This document shows positions 11,802 to 25,998 of a stretch of 64,000 nucleotides of DNA, one piece after another; position 1 is the first letter of the stretch; each line of letters begins with the position of its first letter. The notes under the pieces were generated by a model. It made no database searches and was not told the DNA's origin. It saw nothing but the letters and a program-made list of their open reading frames with translations. The position numbers and the translations under genes are program-made. The DNA is from Pelomyxa schiedti (taxonomy: Eukaryota; Protista; Evosea), in the NCBI GenBank assembly GCA_020536535.1, contig JAHLWZ010000734.1, positions 4,016 to 68,015 on the forward strand. Reading direction: 5' to 3'.

Positions 11802-14607
11802 ATGTCGTGGGTAGGAACGTGGAGTACGACATCGACATCATCTGCGTCACTGTCGTATGGATCTACGGAATCTGACCAGGCCGACGATGCTCGTCGTAAG
11901 TTGGAAAAAGAACAGACGGCGGAGTTACTTGACGCGCGCCTTGAAGGCGGCGCTAAAGTGGTTCGTTCTACTGAGACCTGTTTTTTTTTCCCTTTCTTTC
12001 TTTCTCTTTTTTCTTTTTTTCTCCCCTGGGCCCTTTGACATTTACTCACTTTTGCATTCTTTAGTATTTGTTGTCGCATAAATGGTTTCAGGATTGGAAG
12101 ACATATGTACAGGTTGGTATAAGTACAGTTTTCTTCCCCTTGCCCTCGTTGTTATTGATTGACTCTGGACTTTGGCAGTACTCGTTTGGAAAACGACCAC
12201 CCGCCGTAGATAACGCTTCCTTAGTACTTTCAGATGGCACACTGCGAGACCCCAACCCTTACAAAGGAGTTGATTACGACATCGTTCCAGAGCCTGTTTG
12301 GGAATTGCTCATTAAATGGTTTACAGAAAGGGGATGTTTCTCATGATCACGGTTTTTGCCAGGTATGGCGGCGGACCACCAGTGATTCGAAGAATAAAAA
12401 AGCATGGCTATGGTGCTGATGTGGATTTGGAAGACTACAAAGTATCTTGTAGACTCCTCACTACCAACAAGGAGCTCAGATTGCAAGTATCAAAGGAGAG
12501 ATGCACCTGTCATAAACTTAAAAAAAAGGTGGCCTTTTTTCCTACCATTGTTCAATACTTAGACCTCTAGATACACAAGTTGTATGAACTTACAACGGAG
12601 CTTTCACAAGTGCGTTTATTTGTTGAGGAGAAAGAAATTTCTGATGACGAGTTTGTGTCCTCTTTCACGAGCTCATATTCAACTGTTCTTGTTGACCCTG
12701 ATGGCTCCCATCCAGTATTTCTCTCACTCCTAGTCCTCTACTCAAAAAGCTGCCAGCCCCCAACCAACAGCTCATTCTCCTCTGGTGTTTATCCTAGTTC
12801 GTCTTACACAAGTTCGCCACCTTCCTATAGCTCTTATGGCTCTTCAGACTCTTCCTACTACCATTCAAGTGGGAGCTCACGCGAAAAGGGCGTTATAGGA
12901 CTTTCAAACCTTGGAAACACTTGTATTTCCCCCTCCCAGCAATTTGAGCTGTGCCAAACAATCTTCTCCTGAAGTACTTATTCATAAAAGTTTCTTCTTC
13001 CTCCCTTTTCTTTAGGTTACATGAATGCTGGGCTTCAGTGTTTGGTGCACACGACCCCTCTGACAGAATTTCTTTCCGGTGAAGAATTTCAGCAGATTCT
13101 AAGTACTTAACAGTTTTTTGGCATACCATGTGTGTTCACATGCGCAGATACAAAGGCACCCAAAAAAAATGTGGTCAGTGCTCTGTTGCACCCAAAGAAA
13201 GTGTCTTATGGAAGTGGTGACTTGGCCAGGTCCTATTCTGAATTAGTGAAGGAAATGTGGTCGAGCACAAGTTATTGTGCAACACCTTCTTCTCTAAAAG
13301 ACAACCTTGGTGTGTAAATATACTTCCAGGCAACTTTCTCAAACTTTTTGTTGACGAAAAAAGGTCAACTCTCTTCCCAGTTTTCAGGGTACGGACAACA
13401 GGATTCTCACGAAATGCTTCTATTCCTCCTGGATGGGTTGCATGAAGATTTTAACCGAGTCAAGGAAAAACCGTACATCGAAACGTTAACAGTTACACTT
13501 CAGCCAAATTAAAAGAATACTAACTCTAGTAGGGTGCGCCTGGCTGCGATGAGGTGGAGTTGGCCCGAAATTCATGGCGAGATCACTTGGGTATGCCTAA
13601 AATAAAATGTGTCTATTGTCTCAGGAAAACTAACCAAACAAAAAAAAAAAAAAAAAAAAAAGCTCGCAACAATAGTTTTATCGTTGAAATGTTCCAAGGA
13701 CAACTAAAGTCAACTCTGCAGTGCAACTCTTGCCGTCATACTTCCATCGCCTTTGATCCATTCATGACTCTAAGGTAGAGCACGTTACAACTTCAAATGG
13801 CTTATAAATTTAGCCTTCCTCTCGACGAGGCAACAAACAACAGAGGCTATGATCACTTTTCTGAGGGGCTCACCATAGATTCTTGCATAAAGGCCTTCCT
13901 GAGAGAGGAGCAATTGTCCGATGATGATCTGTGGTTAGGCGATGTGCACCTGCTTCCGTTCTCTCACGTTTCTTTCAGGTATTGTCCTAAGTGCAGAAAA
14001 CACCGCCCAGCTACAAAAAAATTTAACTTGTGGAACATTCCCACAATTCTCATTCTCCACTTGAAGCGTTTCCGCACGATTTCGACTGGAGGCGTAAGGG
14101 GATGGGATTGGCCTTCCAAAATAACCAGCTTTGTCGATTTTCCACTGAGCGGGTTTAACATTGGGGCCTATGTTGTTGGGCCTTCACCCATTGCCGGAAA
14201 ATCTCTTTTATACGATGTCTATGCCGTTGTGGTACATTTCATTTGCTATTTCCCTTCCTATTGACCTAAAATCCTTCCTTTTGCAGAATCACAGTGGAGG
14301 CACTGATGGGGGCCACTATACAGCTTGTGCCAAGGTTGGAAGCAAATGGTACGAATTCAATGACACTTCCACCACGGACATCCCAGAGAGCAATGTGAAA
14401 TCAGATAGAAACTACATTATCTTCCTACAGAAAAGACCGGAACCCGTTCCACAACCAACACCCAACACACCAGCCTCCACACCCACAACCACCACAACAG
14501 ACACAGCAACCCCTTCAACTAAATCAAGTTCACATTCCCACAACACGCATTCGCACTCTCACACTTCACATTCACACAGCTCCAAGAAAGACAAGAAGAA
14601 ACCATAG
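11802..14607 (+). CDS. Ubiquitin-specific protease with N-terminal DUSP domain (USP4/11/15-like), spliced
   Basis: DUSP ([10 protein letters not shown]...[21 protein letters not shown]), Cys box [31 protein letters not shown], His box [19 protein letters not shown]. Confidence 0.93.
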
Positions 14608-14873
14608 TGGCAACTTTAGGACTGTCTGGTACATTACTTTTTTTCGTAGTTTCTGTTTTGGCAGTTCCCATAATGTACCTGGTTGAGATAAAATCTTTAG
14701 TTCCGCCACGGTTTTTCCTTCAAATCAAACATGCGGGGACGAGACCAATAAACCTAGCTCTCTGATCACGGGATCTGAACAATCCCTCCTACGAAGAAGA
14801 AAAACAACCGAGCAACTCTTTTTTTGTCCATTCACAATTGCATTCCCTTATCATGCCGTATCAAACCTGACTA

Positions 14874-15569
14874 TCACAACACACAACCATAGGAGCACCA
14901 CCCAACATTGTCATATTCGTTGGAGTAGTAGCAGCTGTCGAAATTGTAGAACTTGGTGACGTAGTCCACAGTGCAGATTGTGTCCGTGAACTCTGTCCAC
15001 CATGCCTGCTTCTCATTGCACTGCCAGTCTGCATATATAACACAGTCTTGGCTCCATGCCACATTGGTTTTGTAATCTGTGGAATTGCACTTGTTCTGTC
15101 CATGGTTCATAACTGTGGTGTATCTGTTGAAAGTGAGATATGTTGGGTAGGTGTCTTGTGGGATTCGTCTCGTTCCCATACTCCGCACTGCAATAACAAC
15201 AACAGAGGTAAATAGAACACAAAAATACACACGGTGGGGCGATGTAGTCTGACAGCTGCGGCTCAGCATCCAAGCAATAGCACAATGTAGAAAAAACACC
15301 ATAGGCGTAGCACGAACTAGAGCAGTCAGCGCAATTGGACTGCCGAATTTCCACCTCATAGACGTTATCGTACTGGCACTCTTATTTCCATGCAGAAAAA
15401 AACAAAAAAACCAGCATTAGCTAACAACTGCCACAAAGCACGTGTACTACACACTGCCGTCGTTGTAGTAAGTGATGTCGACCTGCCAATAGGACATACA
15501 CACTCCCATCGAAACGGCACACGAGGCAATCAACAAAAGCAACCGCCAGCCACCAACCGACGCCATCAT
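14874..15569 (-). CDS. Small secreted Cys/Tyr-rich protein, spliced
   Basis: Signal peptide MMASVGGWRLLLLIASCAVSMG; Cys-rich exons ending ...CYYSNEYDNVGWCSYGCVL*. Confidence 0.6.
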
Positions 15570-16155
15570 TCGACGGAAACGAGTTTTGCGAACTACGAAG
15601 GAAAAAAAAAATGGTTGGTTGTTGTGGTTGCGTGCTTCACAAGATTTTTTTATGGAGCGCCCCACAACACGTTTTCCTTTGCAGGCGTCAGTGTCGCGAG
15701 GCAGGAGGGTTTGGTGAAGCCAAATTCACCCTTTGCAGGTGAATCTGCCCTCTAAGACGAATGCCGAAGCATTACATCTCGATGAAAGTCGTCTGCACGC
15801 AGTGTACTCTTCGCATTAATTTAAACAAAAGTGGATTTCGAGGAAGTAAAGTCACTTTATGCACTTCAACCAACCGAAAAACAACATCGCTTTCCAGCGT
15901 TTTGTCCGCCATATTAACTTGTCCAGACTTTATTATGGGCTGAACCTGGGCAAATTTTCTGGCCAAGTAAGCCGCCCTCGGGGCAACCGTAAAACAGGTC
16001 TTTGAGGAATGCGGACCACAGGGCAAAGTGGGGAATGAAATACATTACAAAGGAACATTTGTGTTACTGAGGAATTGGTGGCTGTTAAAAGCTGTAGCCT
16101 AACAAAATGTTTTGTATCACATTTGCAAAGTCCTACAAGTGCATTACACAGGCTG

Positions 16156-17281
<1,126 letters not shown>

Positions 17282-17422
17282 TGCGTCTTGCCTTGCGCCA
17301 AGGGCTGTTTAATTTTAAGAAATGATCTTTCTCTTTGTCCCAAATCTCAAATCTAAAATCAGTCCTTCGTTTTTTTTAATGTGTCTTCGTTTGCCTTCTT
17401 TTGATCAAAAGTGTTTTCATTT

Positions 17423-20400
17423 TCAAAGAAGTTTCGCGGCGAAGGGTTTGACGGCGTGGGCGAACGCCACCATGGCCTGGCTGAATTTTTCTCTGGCTTT
17501 GTACTCTATCGAGGGTTCTATCTCTGCAGATAGTTTCGTGAATTCTTGTTGCAGTTTGTCTCTTTGGTCTTGTTGTGGTTGTGCTCCAATCAGCCGTGCT
17601 TTGGTATCTTCATATGCCTGTGTTGTTGAAAAGTGTTGGAAATTAGATATAACTGTGTCAATTTGAGGTGGAGAGGATTTACTTTTGGTGCTACCAAAAT
17701 GAGAGGGAAAAGAGTTTTGGTGATCCCGTACTGGTGTCCGGAGTCAAAGGATAACAGGGTCTAACAAGAGTTTTAGTGCCAAGGTGTTAGGAAAGGAACC
17801 GGCTCAGACCTGGAAGAAGAGTGACACTATACGGCAAAATACCTCAAAGAGAGGCGCTAAGCGCGACTCCATGAGAGGGGCGAGTGCTGCAGAACTCCTA
17901 AGATGTTGAGATGAACTTGATGGGGCCGCTTTTAGTTTGTCGGCGTTACGACGATGAGTAAGGTAAGCAGAGAGGAGGTGATCAAGGGTTGTGCAGCAGT
18001 TGGTAACAATTTGTACATCTAAAGTAGAACGGTTGATTTCAGCACCAAAGGATTGGAGGCAGAGACCTGTGGACGATAGACCGGGTTCAAGAGAAGAAAC
18101 AAGAGAGAAGAACAATTGTGGTTCGAGATTGTACACTAACAATACATGATTATTGCATATGACATCCAGAAATGCAAAGTAAATTTTCATGAATTTAGGG
18201 TAGGCCTATTTGTGACAATGCAGAAAAGATAAATAGCTTGATTAGGTATTGTATTCAGGTGCATACCAGGAGGTCAGATAGAGGAATGCTAAGGGCGAGT
18301 TTAGTGGACAACATTACGGAATCAGTGAGGCAAGTATCATTATAAATGCTGAAAACACCAAAATTGACATAATCACCTGGGTTATGGTGTCAATTGGAAT
18401 CATCATAGATATGCTCTTACCTCCCAAGGCATGTGTTAGTGCATTCAAAATCAACACAATCGGTTTATATCTCTCAATGTATACATCCTTGCGAGGATTA
18501 AGGTGTGCCAGACGAGAACCTAGAAGAGTCCAATGGGAAGTCCAAATTACAAAAAGTGGTACCTAAAGTAATAATGACTTTGCTTGCCTCCTTAAACAAT
18601 AATATTCCATTGGCAGAAAAAGACTCAAATTGCAGCCGGCCAAACTTATTCCACACAAGTTCACCAACAAACTTGACCAACGGAACCGTGACAGTTGGCA
18701 TATCCCAGTAAGCTTCAGCAATTCGACAGAGGATGGGAGTAAATTGTGGGCTCCTTTTTTTTATAAAAAAAAAAGTGTTCAGCCATCTAAATTTTGTGAA
18801 AAAGAGAAAAACATACAGCCAGTCAAAAAAAACGGGGAAAAGCTTTCTCTGTATTGAGGCGGCAATCCCTGCCAGATCGTATAGAAGCCCGATTACTGAA
18901 GGCTGGAGATACGGAAAGTGAGTTTCGCTGACGGCATTGAATCTTATTAAGCGTACCATAAATTGTTCTTGTCTGAGAGATTCGATTGATGGCTGTGCCA
19001 GAAGTGTGTTAATCTGCTGTTCAAAGGGAATCATGAATAGATCAAAGCGTGGTGCAAGTTCATCCATAAACAATATGCGGCCAAGAATGCTTTTTTAATC
19101 ATTAGATGCTAGTTTTGTTTTGGGATCCCATTTATGAGGAGGGATGGAAACCTGTAATAGGTTGTTCGGTATTTGCCACCTTTGCTCCCTGTGTTACTTG
19201 ATAAGAAAGGGATATATTCTGACTATAAATGGCTTTGAGATGAGGGGGTTTTTTTATGAAGGAGGCTCACTGTATGGTGGCTTAACAGCTGATCAATCAT
19301 GTCGAGTTTTGCTATGTACTTGCTGCTGCTGTACCTGTACACAACTTGTCAAACAGGGAAAGTAAACAGTTAAGAGCTACCCTGAGCAAATGTCAAAAAA
19401 CAAAGACAGCGATCTCTGAATTACGCCACTGAAGTCTTTCCAAAACTTGAGGTTGTTCAAGCTTTTTGGTTGTTAGTTGGATTTTTCTAATTAGAGCAAA
19501 AGCAACTGGCTGTTTTACATTTTTGTGAGTAGAAGTTGAAGTACAACTTGATGATTTGAAAGCCCGATAAGTTCATTCATTCTGTCATAGACCTTTGCGC
19601 TTTTACAGTGATATTACACGTCACAAAGACAAACTTTAGAGCTGGTGAGCGCATGATCCCCAATATACATTCTTCGAAATTGCTGGGTAAAATAAAGGAA
19701 GGCATATTCGAGTTTACAATCAAAACTTTCTTTGGGAAACGTAAACCCTTGAAGCTATTTTTTTTCTTAAAATAAATGGAATAAAATAGTGAAATATACA
19801 CGTGATAATCTTGTATCACACAGCTTCTGAACATGAAACACTCTGGTAGCTAAGTCACCATCACGCATATCATGCTCCTGTGACACGCTCATAGTCATGC
19901 GACCACTGATGAGAGATCCCACAGCGAAAATTAGCCACGCTAACTGCCCTTGATGTTCCTCAGTTAGTATGAATTTAGTCAGACTCCAAAAGATACCTTG
20001 AATGAGAGATAACTGTGGATCGCCTGGTGGTTTAGCAAGCATTCCCTAATGTTGTTGACTCAGGGAAGGTAAAATAGGCTACAGGGATTACCTCAAAAAT
20101 GGGGATAGACTGATCAAATAATGCTGTAAGAAACTTTGAAAACTCATCATATTTACAGCGCCCAAGGGGTGCTACGAACTCCAACATTTCTGAGACTGCA
20201 TCCTCATTTGACAGGGCATCTATAGATGTATTTAGAGTGAGATATATCAGAAGAAGAATGAAACCTTCTACTTGGCCACTCAGGAAAGCTGACACACGTT
20301 CCAATTGTGATGTCATATAAGCTTGTACAATCTAGAAGATAAAGATAAATTAAGGAAATTAACCGGTATTTCTTTACCTTAGGTGCATAAGCATCCACTA

Positions 20401-22237
20401 AAGCTGGTCTTGCTGAACTTGGTAGATACCCGATCGAGGTTACAGTTTTGTGCCAAAATTGCATTAAATAGTGCACTGAATTTGGGGACCACTGTAGAAT
20501 TTTTTGTAAGATGAGAGAGATGATTTCGCTACCTGCCAGGCTTTTAGGGATGTCAAGGTGAAATCAGCAACCAATTTCAACCAATCTTGCCAACCCTCTG
20601 CAGCTATGAGTGCTTGTAACTGATAGTTGGTCTATCTTTCAAGTTAAAAGATGGGTGAAAGAGGTATGGTAGGACCTTCAAAATTGCCAAAAGCCTACAG
20701 AAGACGTGATGATTGCCTTGGTCCTGAAGGCCTGTGTGCAAATGTGAATATGCAAAGCAAAGATGGTATTAAACCTGCTGAATGATGAATGATTGCTTCT
20801 GATGTTCGAAGAAGAGAGTTCAAAAATTTGGCTCGCTCCGTTTCATGTGGAAATAGAGAGCGCCTAACAGATGCTGTGAAGATAAGATGGCAAAAGTGTG
20901 TAAAAAGGTTTACCAATGAGCACCATACACTCCAGAGTCTGCGAAAATGTTAGGAACCTCATGTTTATTAATTGAGGGTAGTCAAACTTGTGTTGAAGAA
21001 GGAGGAGTTGTATTTGTGTAGGTATGCAGAAAGAGTGGAAGAAGCTCAGGATCTTCAAAATGTGGTCTCCATGCAGCGGGAATTTGGATCGTACCAAGGT
21101 CGTCATTGGACTCATCAGGTGTTGTACCTGCAACAAATCATTTTTTGTTTCAATCATGAGACCAAGTACCAATAAAATCGAAGGAAAGGCATTGTATTAT
21201 GAGCTTGAGTGTTTCTTCTTTTAAGTTGTTTGCTGCTCTTTCTGTATCATAGTTACTTAACTGTTATGAGCACTCGGAAATACCTGGTGATTGCCTAATT
21301 CTTTTTAACAAGTTTATACCAATTTGGAAAATATCCAGTAAAAATTGGTCCCTGAATGCGATTGCAATTTTCCTGTGTTGTGCCAGGGTCATTTGGCTCT
21401 GATCATGTGAACCAATTTCCTTTTGAAAATTAGGAGAGAAGGCACTACTTGGTGCATAACATTACATAAACTAAGCCAGTAAGTAAGACCAGACCAATAG
21501 GACAATGGGCAGGCGTTGCCTAAGTGGAGTCAGTATGTGAAAAAGGCGGTAATCATTGTTTGTAACCTCAAGAAAGGTCTTTATTTGTGGTACAGTCTGA
21601 GGTGGGTGTGCTGGGTCATCAAACCATCCGACTTTGCAGATCATTGAAACCAGTTGTACACAACTTTTAAGTAAGTAGTTCGGAAGAGAAGGGCCTTGCT
21701 TTGCCAAGAAATTGAGGACACACATTTCTAGAAATGTGTGAAAAAGGGGGGAAGTGGATACAGCGTTTTAAAAGGTTCATCGGTTTGTGAAAGCACAGAG
21801 ACAACATACGAATATCATTCCGTTGACTTGAAGTGAAGGTGTTCCAGCTCTCTTTGGTATAACGATGCAACGTTGACACAGCAAATAGCTTCAAAGAAAG
21901 TCATTACAGAGATAGCAAAATACAATTAGGTAAAAACAAGCACTTGGAGAGCGAATTGACACTGACCCACACAACAAACGCTAAATCCGTTACATCTCAC
22001 ACACACCACAGCATAGCCACTGCCCGTATTCTGGAGTAGGAAAATGCACTGCGACGCGCCCGTCCACGACGGCTGCCCAACAGCGGCAGTGAGTGCTCTC
22101 TCCGCCGAAGACCGCGCCTCTGCGTCAGTCGACGTGTATGCACGCTCGCACAGCCGCTCAAACTCAGCGAGATCTGACGCGCTCATCGCGCCAACACCTC
22201 CCGGAGCCCCTGCCGTGCTCGTTGTGCTTGTTGCCAT
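17423..22237 (-). CDS. XPO7: Exportin-7 / RanBP16-like karyopherin, many introns
   Basis: EFERLCERAY, CKVGWFD, ASVRRSLF, YLMQFW, QLAWLIFAVGSLISGR, RLQFESFSANGILLFKEASK, DYVNFGVF, CCTTLDHL. Confidence 0.9.
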
Positions 22238-22502
22238 GTAGTCCTGTGTCTGTTTCTGGTGATGTGTTGCAGTCGATGTGATCTCAAGATCGCTACTAGG
22301 AAGAACACCACGCGTCGCGTACGAGAGTTTGGCAAACCAATTTATTTTTTTTGTTTGGTTTTCCTCAGAATCTGATAGCTGATCGGGACTGGGGCTGAGG
22401 ACCTGCCAATCAAACCGGAAAAGAGCTAACGAGAAAAGGCATAAAAATAAAAAAAAACTAAGGGAGGTGCTGCACCGCACTGGTTTTAATACGATACGGA
22501 GA

Positions 22503-23732
22503 ATGGACTTTGATTTTCTAGACGGGCCGGCGTCGTCGTTTGTGCCTATGTGCGAAGGTGGTTCCACTTTTGATCTCCCGGTTGAGGAAACGGTGACCCT
22601 TCCCCCCCCCCTCTCTTTTCTATGTCCCCTTTGTTATACTCTAATGGTGATGTCATATGACTGCTTTGTTGGTGAGGCAGTTTTCATTTTTTTTTAGCAT
22701 GGTGTTTGTTTTGACTCCCAGCGGTTTATTTTCTTACTTTTTGCTATTGGCAGCCTGGAGAGTTTCTTAGGAGCTGTGGGAAAGATTCGCCACTTGCATC
22801 AATGAAGCACGGTACAACTACTTTGGGGTTCATATTTCAGGGTGGCGTTGTCATAGCTGTGGATTCTAGGTCCACACAAGGAAGCTACATATGTATGTGA
22901 GCAGAGTACAGCTTACATTTTCGTAACTTGTGGAAGCCTCCGGAACTGTGAAGAAGGTGATTGAGATTAATCCTTTCCTTCTTGGTACCATGGCTGGAGG
23001 TGCTGCTGATTGTGCCTTCTGGGAACGAGAGCTTGGCAGACAATGCAGGTTAATCACTGCTTTGTGAAATAAAGAGTGTAACCACACCCGAAGACTGTAT
23101 GAACTACAAAACAAACAAAGAATATCAGTTGCTGCGGCATCCAAGATACTTTCTAACATTCTTTACTATTACCGTGGATATGGACTTTCTGTGGTATTTG
23201 CTTTTTCCAAAAGTAAAGTCAATACCAAACAATTTTCACCAGGGAACGATGATTGCTGGTTGGGATAAGAAGGTTACAAGAATTGGCAAGCTACAAAAGT
23301 AACAATTTTAGGGACCAGGACTCTATTACGTTGATGATGATGGAACACGGTTATCTGGCCACTTATTCAGTGTGGGATCTGGATCAATGTAGTATCAAAG
23401 GGGTTCTTTTACTTTGCTTAAAAAGTCTTGCAGGCACGCATATGGTGTATTAGACTCCGGGTGGAGATATGACCTCTCTGAAGAAGATGCCCTTGAACTT
23501 GGTCGACGTGCAATTTACCACGCCACACATAGGGATGCCTACACTGGTGGCATCGTCAACGGTATTTTGTGTCTTCATAACTTCAAATTTCTCAACTACT
23601 TCAGTGTACCTTGTCAAGCCAGAAGGCTGGAGGAAAGTCTCCTCCGAGGATTGTTGTGATTTGCACTACCGCCTCTATAAGGGTCTTACCACAACGGTTA
23701 CACTTAAGGGTCATGAAGTGATTATGGAATAA
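22503..23732 (+). CDS. PSMB5: 20S proteasome subunit beta-5
   Basis: Propeptide followed by [63 protein letters not shown]. Confidence 0.96.
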
Positions 23733-23797
23733 AGAGATTTTGGATTTGTGCACAAACAATGCTAAAGAAAATTGAATATCCAATATATTCAATGATT

Positions 23798-24767
23798 TTA
23801 GTACAGAGGGTTCTTCCGCCATTCACGTAGGAATTCAGCCATTTTCTTGTCCTGCACATAAGCTAGCACAGACTTTCCTTCAGAAGTGTAGGTGTCCAAT
23901 GAAGCGCCATAGGATAGTAGTAGCTGGACAGTTTCTATAGACCCAGACCGCACTGCAATGTGAATTGGTGTCTCCCCCCGCTTGTTACCAGCATTAGCAA
24001 TGGCACTTCTAGTCATTTTTGAAGAAAGGTATCTGTGCAAAATGGACATAGTAAATTTGCATGTACGCAACATGAAAAAAAAAAAAAAATAGAAAAATTT
24101 CAAACCTCAAAACGGGTGCCCTACCAGCCCCAGCGGCAGCAAAAATCAAATCGTAGTACTCTCCATCCTCTCCGATTTGAGAAAAAGTAGCAGTGACGTC
24201 ACCAGCCTGCAGATCCTGCCCCACCCGTGGGTCACTGTACGTCGTCCCTCCCGAGATATAAGGCTCTCCCTGCGGCCTACGCTCGCGCTCACGCGACTCC
24301 AGCAGCTCGGACAGCTTGGCCACGCAGCCCAGCCTCGCCAGGCTTATGGGATCGTCGCCGCGTGCCAGCGGGCACAGCACGGCCGGGGGCTGCAGCGAGC
24401 CCACGACCCAGGCGCCCACGACGGCGGCGAGGCACAGCGCGACGCAGACGGAGAGGCTGCGGCGGGGGCCGGAGACGGCGGCGGGGGGCCCGCGCGCCAC
24501 GAACTCGCTCACGAGGGTGCGGCCGTTGGAGGCGGCGGCGGCGGGCGCGGCGCGCTTGTCGCGGAACTGGCGGTAGGCTATGTCTTGCATCGCCTGTTGG
24601 GTGAGGCGGGCCCCTTCGGCGTCAAACTGCTCCGCGGTCATCTGCTCGAGACATCTGTGTGCGTAAAAACACAAAGTTATCGTTTTGTGTCTAGCAGTTG
24701 GCCCACGGTCCCCGGCAAACTACACACAATAATAATCGCACCTCGGCGCGTCTTCCTCCTCTTGCAT
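23798..24767 (-). CDS. Single-TM ankyrin-repeat protein, spliced
   Basis: TM segment VCVALCLAAVVGAWVVG; ankyrin motifs LIFAAAGAGRAPVLR and NKRGETPIHIAVRSGSIETVQLLLSYGA. Confidence 0.7.
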
Positions 24768-25998
24768 GCTAAAGCCTTTGTTGTTTCCAATCAATCAATT
24801 GACTTTTATTAGAAATGCAAGTACAATCAATCTGGATTGGGGTTCAAGAAGGCATACTAACCCTGAGTCCCCCGAGACCCTGCAACTGAGGTTCTCAGTC
24901 CTGCTCCTGGTCTCAGGACGCCTTTATTTTGCTGACCTGAGATAATTATTACACGGGTTCCCTGCAGAACTGTTTTTTTATTAACTGCAGTGATACTATT
25001 TATTGGGGACACACAACAACAAACACAAGATAAAACAAAGAGGAGATCCACAAGCAAGTAAGGCCAAACAAACAGTGGTACTAGGACACTGATCTAACCA
25101 CTAGGACCAACAATGTCGAAGAAAGTACCTGTAGGGGACATGGGGGAGAAACAAAATAAGATGGACTTACTCAATTCATTGAAAGATACAGTACGTGCTT
25201 ACCGTGTGTACTGTGACTTACATACGTCGAACAGGCATCAGCCCTCGGAATCTCTGAAGGAAAGTATGTATCGGAAGGAATAGATCGTCGCACCGCTGCT
25301 TTGGCGTATCGTGTTGTATGGCTTCAAAACCACTTCGATCCTTAACCATGATTTCTGATACAGAACAAGAAACTCGCAACGGGTGTGCAGCCGCGAGTCG
25401 TCATGGTTGGTCCAGAGACTTCGTTGCCAATCCAGAGCAAGAGCCGCGGTGCGAAGCAGGTGTACGAAGGGGACTTTGACAGCGAGACCTACACAACCAG
25501 GACCCGGTCGCAGGCACCATCCTCCTTCAACACCAATGAGCCCAACAACAACAACAAGGCGCCCGTCAGGACCCCTCGCAAACCTCCACGCAAGAACAGC
25601 CAGTAGTCGCAAACAGGACGAAAATCAATATGATTTTGATTGCCGAGCACTGTGGCACCGCCTCAGTCCCCAGATGGAATGATAGTGAATGAACAATCGA
25701 CTACAACATGGTAACGTAGGAGCTAGTTCCTGAAAGCGATATTGTTTCACTGGCTATTTTTCACCAGAGAAGGTTGTCAATAATGACAATCCCCAACACT
25801 GTGGGTATCAGCTGGGACTACAACTTGTTCGGCTTGGAACTGATGTTTGGATGTGTCATGGTTTTTCAGCTTCAATTTCAGGCAATTGGCTGAAATGACC
25901 GGAAAATGACCGCGTTCCGGTCTGTTGATTGTTTTATTCAGCCAATTGTTAACAAAACCAAGCCTAAAAAAAAAATAAACACTGTTCCGCGGCTTTCT

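Noticed and set aside
15772-16155. Short ORFs downstream of Rab2
   Set aside because: No recognisable motifs; probably UTR or intergenic.
24177-24812. Overlapping plus-strand ORFs
   Set aside because: Antisense shadows of a GC-rich exon of the ankyrin gene.
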